Assembly (NCBI GenBank): GCA_963718665.1
Contig: OY970359.1
Span: 544,001 to 608,000, forward strand
Source of the DNA: an uncultured Phycisphaerales bacterium
GTDB lineage: Bacteria; Planctomycetota; Phycisphaerae; Sedimentisphaerales; Anaerobacaceae
Reading direction: 5' to 3'
DNA: 64,000 nt
Positions within the stretch are counted from its first letter, which is position 1, and each line of letters starts with the position of its first letter. Below are positions 60,889 through 64,000 of this stretch, one piece after another. The position numbers and the translations under genes were made by a program. The notes below the pieces were generated by a model, which worked only from the letters and a program-made list of their open reading frames with translations, did no database searches and was not told the origin of the DNA.

Positions 60889-62238
60889 TCAGCGAATGAC
60901 CTTATTTACCAAGTCGATAAACTGCTCCCCCCGCTGCTCGTAATTCTCGAACATATCATAGCTGGCGCAGGCAGGACTAAGTAAAACCGCATCCCCTTCA
61001 ACAGCCAGGCCGTTAGCCAATTTAACCGCCTCTTCCAGTGTCTTGGCGTATTTGACCTGTGCCTTGTTTTGCGGATGATTCTGAATGATTTTCCCTATCG
61101 CCCCGGCGGTCTGGCCTATGAGAATCGCCGCCTTGGCCTTTTGGGCAATTTTTGCGCCAAACTCATCGAATGGGATATGTTTATCATACCCGCCCGCTAT
61201 GATAATGGGGCTATCGAACGCCTCAAGGGCGACAATTGAACTGTCCGGCGTGGTCGCCTTGGAATCGTTATACCAGCGAACCCCCCCTGCCTCGCCCACG
61301 AGCTGCAACCTGTGAGGCAACGCCTTAAATGCGGGCAAGCACCCAATTATCTGCTCATCGGCTACATCGAAACGCTTTGCCGCGGCAATAGCACCGGCCA
61401 AATTGGCAAGATACGCCCTGCCCGGCAACCCATACTCGCTGTGAATTCTCGCTGGCACATCATCGGCAGAAAATTTCACGCAAACCCGCCCTGCGTCCTT
61501 CTGATATTTCGCAAACCACTTGCTGCCCACCTCATCATCGCTGTTGAAAATCGAAACCGCCGGCTGATTCGCGTCCGGCTTCTGATGTTGAAAGATTAGC
61601 TCTTTGGCCTTGCAATAATTCTCGAATGTCTTATAGCGGTCCAAATGATTCGGCGTAAGGTTCGTCAGCAACGCGACCTGCGGTGCCTTATCGCTTTGGG
61701 CCAACTGCTCAATCTGAAAACTCGACAGCTCCAAAACAACCAAATCGTCGGGTTTTATTTTACCTGCAATCGTCAGCATCGGCTCATTGCCTATATTGCC
61801 GCCCAACCAGACCTTTTTACCAAATCGACTTCTAAGCAAATGTGCCGTAAGTGATGTCGTGGTGCTTTTGCCATTGGCGCCGGTTATACCGATTATCTTC
61901 GCCGGGCAAAGCTCGAAGAATAATTCGATTTGCGATGTAACTTTTCTCCCTGCCTTGCGGGCAATCTGTAAAAACTTGTTATCCAAAGGCACAGCGGGAT
62001 TAGCCACCACCATATCCGCCTGCTCGAAATCACCTCCCTCGTGTGAGCCGAGATGGTAATCAACATCGAGGCCTTTTAATTGAGCGATTGATTCCGCGAG
62101 CGCATCCTGTTTTGCCAAATCGGTAACGATTACTCTTGCCCCCGCCGAGCAGGCAAACTTCACAACATCCACCCCTCCCCCGAACCTCCCGAGGCCCATC
62201 ACTAAAATCTTTTTATCTCTGAAAAGACCTTCACCCAT
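60889..62238 (-). CDS. murD: UDP-MurNAc-L-Ala--D-Glu ligase
   Basis: GANGKSTT, ELSSFQ, HLDR, NDSKATT, LSPACAS. Confidence 0.95.
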   Translation of the reverse strand: MGEGLFRDKKILVMGLGRFGGGVDVVKFACSAGARVIVTDLAKQDALAESIAQLKGLDVDYHLGSHEGGDFEQADMVVANPAVPLDNKFLQIARKAGRKVTSQIELFFELCPAKIIGITGANGKSTTTSLTAHLLRSRFGKKVWLGGNIGNEPMLTIAGKIKPDDLVVLELSSFQIEQLAQSDKAPQVALLTNLTPNHLDRYKTFENYCKAKELIFQHQKPDANQPAVSIFNSDDEVGSKWFAKYQKDAGRVCVKFSADDVPARIHSEYGLPGRAYLANLAGAIAAAKRFDVADEQIIGCLPAFKALPHRLQLVGEAGGVRWYNDSKATTPDSSIVALEAFDSPIIIAGGYDKHIPFDEFGAKIAQKAKAAILIGQTAGAIGKIIQNHPQNKAQVKYAKTLEEAVKLANGLAVEGDAVLLSPACASYDMFENYEQRGEQFIDLVNKVIR

Positions 62239-62281
62239 ATCTCTATGAGCCGATACGATTTTTTGCGAGTATAACGCTAAG

Positions 62282-63232
62282 TTACAGCGCATCCTGAACG
62301 GCCTTTGCGATATCCAGCTTGGCGTCAATCACTGCCTGCTCGATACACTTCTTCCAGTTGTCGCCGTACTGCTCCTTGTATTTAGGATTCTCATAAGCGT
62401 AGATAATCGAACGCGACGCGTTAATCAGTGCGCCGTTGCCGTCGTGCTTGCAGAACCGGACACAATCCGCGGCCGATGCCCCTTGTGAGCCGTAGCCGGG
62501 AACGAGGAACCACATATTGTCATATTTTTTCCGCAGAGCCGTCGTCTCTTCGGGACTCGTCCCGCCGATAACCATACCAACATTGCTGTAACCGGCCTTG
62601 CCGATTCTGCCGGGCTTATTTGCTATTTCGCCCACAACCGCCGCAAGTTTCTCATACATTTTTTGCCCGTCGCCGGAAGCGAAATCCTGTATCACAGCCG
62701 CGCCGGGGTTGCTCGCTCGAACCCATACAAATACACCCTTACCCTGCTTTGTGGCAACATCCGCGAATGGCTCGATTGCCTCTGCGCCCGCGAAACCGTT
62801 AACCGTTATCGCATCGGGGGCAAGCGTGTCCTCAAGGCCCGCCATTTCGGGATTTTCCAGATGCGCCGTTGCGTATGCCTCTGCCGTATGACCTATATCG
62901 CCTCGCTTGACATCTCCGATTACCTCAACGCCAAGTTCGTTCGCCTCGGAAATAAGTGAATAATAGCTTTCGATTCCCTGCCAGAGATATTTTTCAAAAA
63001 ACGCTATGTTGATTTTCACCGCCGGCACCATCGGCGCGACAATCCTCAGCACCTGTGTGCAATAATCGAATATCGCATCGACCGCCGAGTCCACGTCGAA
63101 CTCGTCATTCATATCGCTTCTGTTCGTTATCACCGCGGGAAGCCGGCTGTAAACCGGGTCCAAACCAACAATCAATGGTGTTCGCTTGCTCTTTATCGCT
63201 TCAACCAGCCGGTCGCCAAAATGATTAGCCAT
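62282..63232 (-). CDS. pyrF: Orotidine 5'-phosphate decarboxylase
   Basis: VGLDP, DVKRGDIGHT, LVPGYGSQG, NASRSI. Confidence 0.95.
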   Translation of the reverse strand: MANHFGDRLVEAIKSKRTPLIVGLDPVYSRLPAVITNRSDMNDEFDVDSAVDAIFDYCTQVLRIVAPMVPAVKINIAFFEKYLWQGIESYYSLISEANELGVEVIGDVKRGDIGHTAEAYATAHLENPEMAGLEDTLAPDAITVNGFAGAEAIEPFADVATKQGKGVFVWVRASNPGAAVIQDFASGDGQKMYEKLAAVVGEIANKPGRIGKAGYSNVGMVIGGTSPEETTALRKKYDNMWFLVPGYGSQGASAADCVRFCKHDGNGALINASRSIIYAYENPKYKEQYGDNWKKCIEQAVIDAKLDIAKAVQDAL

Positions 63233-63365
63233 ACTATTATAAATCCTTTCTTATTCGATTTTCGTTTTTCGCTTTAAGCTGCTTATATTTTGCTTTACTA
63301 TAACCGCTCGATTGTTTTCTAACAAGCTTTCAGTGGCAATTAAGACAAAAAAAGATTCAGAGAAA

Positions 63366-64000
63366 ATGAAGAACAGGAAATTCAAAGCATACTTCTGGCT
63401 TGCACTGCCTCTTGTGCTCGTGTTACTGGCGTTTGTCCTGGTAACGCACAGACCAAAATATTACGCCCCGCTTCGAATCGCCGACCAGAGACAAATCAGC
63501 GTCTATCTGAGTAACTATTTGATGCCGACAGTTTACAACAACTCACAGCTTGATGACCCCTTCGAGGTCGTAATCACGGAGGAAGGCCTTAATGATATAA
63601 TCGCACGCTGGCGCCAGCCGGTAAAATTCAATAACATCACCTTCACTGACCCGCAGGCAATTTTCACGCAAAGCCAAATTATACTGATGGCGACAGCCAA
63701 AACGCGTTTTGCCAATCCCATTCTGACTGTCCGTATAACTCCCGCGATAAATTCATTCAGCCAGTTAAATATCCACGTTGACGGCGTATCCCTCGGCGAG
63801 GCCGGCATCACAACACTCACAAAATCAATGGGTAACAAGGCCTTTACTGACTGGCTTGCGTTCACGGGCACAGAGCCGAATAATATCGTCGCACAGGTAT
63901 GCAGGTCGCTGCTCAACGATGAGCCGTTCGACCCGGTCTTCAAAGTAGGCGACAAATCTCTGCGCATCTGCAAAATCAAGCTCGAAAAAAAGAAAATAAC
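63366..64000 (+). CDS. Hypothetical membrane-anchored protein, runs off window
   Basis: Not in ORF track; MKNRKFKAYFWLALPLVLVLLAFVLV...FEVVITEEGLNDII open to the edge. Confidence 0.75.
   Translation, partial: MKNRKFKAYFWLALPLVLVLLAFVLVTHRPKYYAPLRIADQRQISVYLSNYLMPTVYNNSQLDDPFEVVITEEGLNDIIARWRQPVKFNNITFTDPQAIFTQSQIILMATAKTRFANPILTVRITPAINSFSQLNIHVDGVSLGEAGITTLTKSMGNKAFTDWLAFTGTEPNNIVAQVCRSLLNDEPFDPVFKVGDKSLRICKIKLEKKKI

Noticed and set aside
63533..63979. 148-aa minus-strand ORF
   Set aside because: Antisense shadow of the + strand gene starting at 63366.
1..64000. CRISPR array or cas genes
   Set aside because: No regularly spaced identical repeats with unique spacers; repeats are short degenerate tandems or isolated hairpins.

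Overview
Bacterial chromosomal window, most likely a Planctomycetota (Phycisphaerae/Sedimentisphaerales-like) genome. This is inferred from a DUF1559-like prepilin protein, a long L28 and a GH10-like conserved protein. The backbone is housekeeping: apgM-like/lysC, tig-clpP-clpP, yitJ-type Met synthase, thyX, pepD, waaA, hisHF, glmS, rpmB, gatCAB, an LPS inner-core/heptose cluster (lpxK-hldE-gmhA-gmhB-waaF-kinase-GT4-plsY), icd-like, murD, pyrF, two two-component systems and five tRNAs (Ser, Gly, Arg, Pro, Lys). Accessory content: (i) a degenerate ECF-sigma-like gene behind a ~370-nt leader with mutually exclusive terminator/antiterminator folds; (ii) a solitary PLD/HKD nuclease; (iii) a Sec-type RHS protein without an immunity gene; (iv) a free-standing HNH-AP2 endonuclease behind ~600 nt of structured non-coding DNA; (v) a 3.8-kb island at tRNA-Ser bounded by a 10-bp att duplication, with an AT-rich zur-znuACB operon and a serine-recombinase remnant; (vi) a frameshift-hidden HEPN gene plus a REP-bracketed membrane protein/Pro-rich micro-protein pair. 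Short palindromic and 7-9-nt tandem repeat families are dense, nested in each other and inserted in-frame into genes. Four short-repeat frameshifts suggest residual sequencing errors. All calls are by motif recognition; no searches were run.
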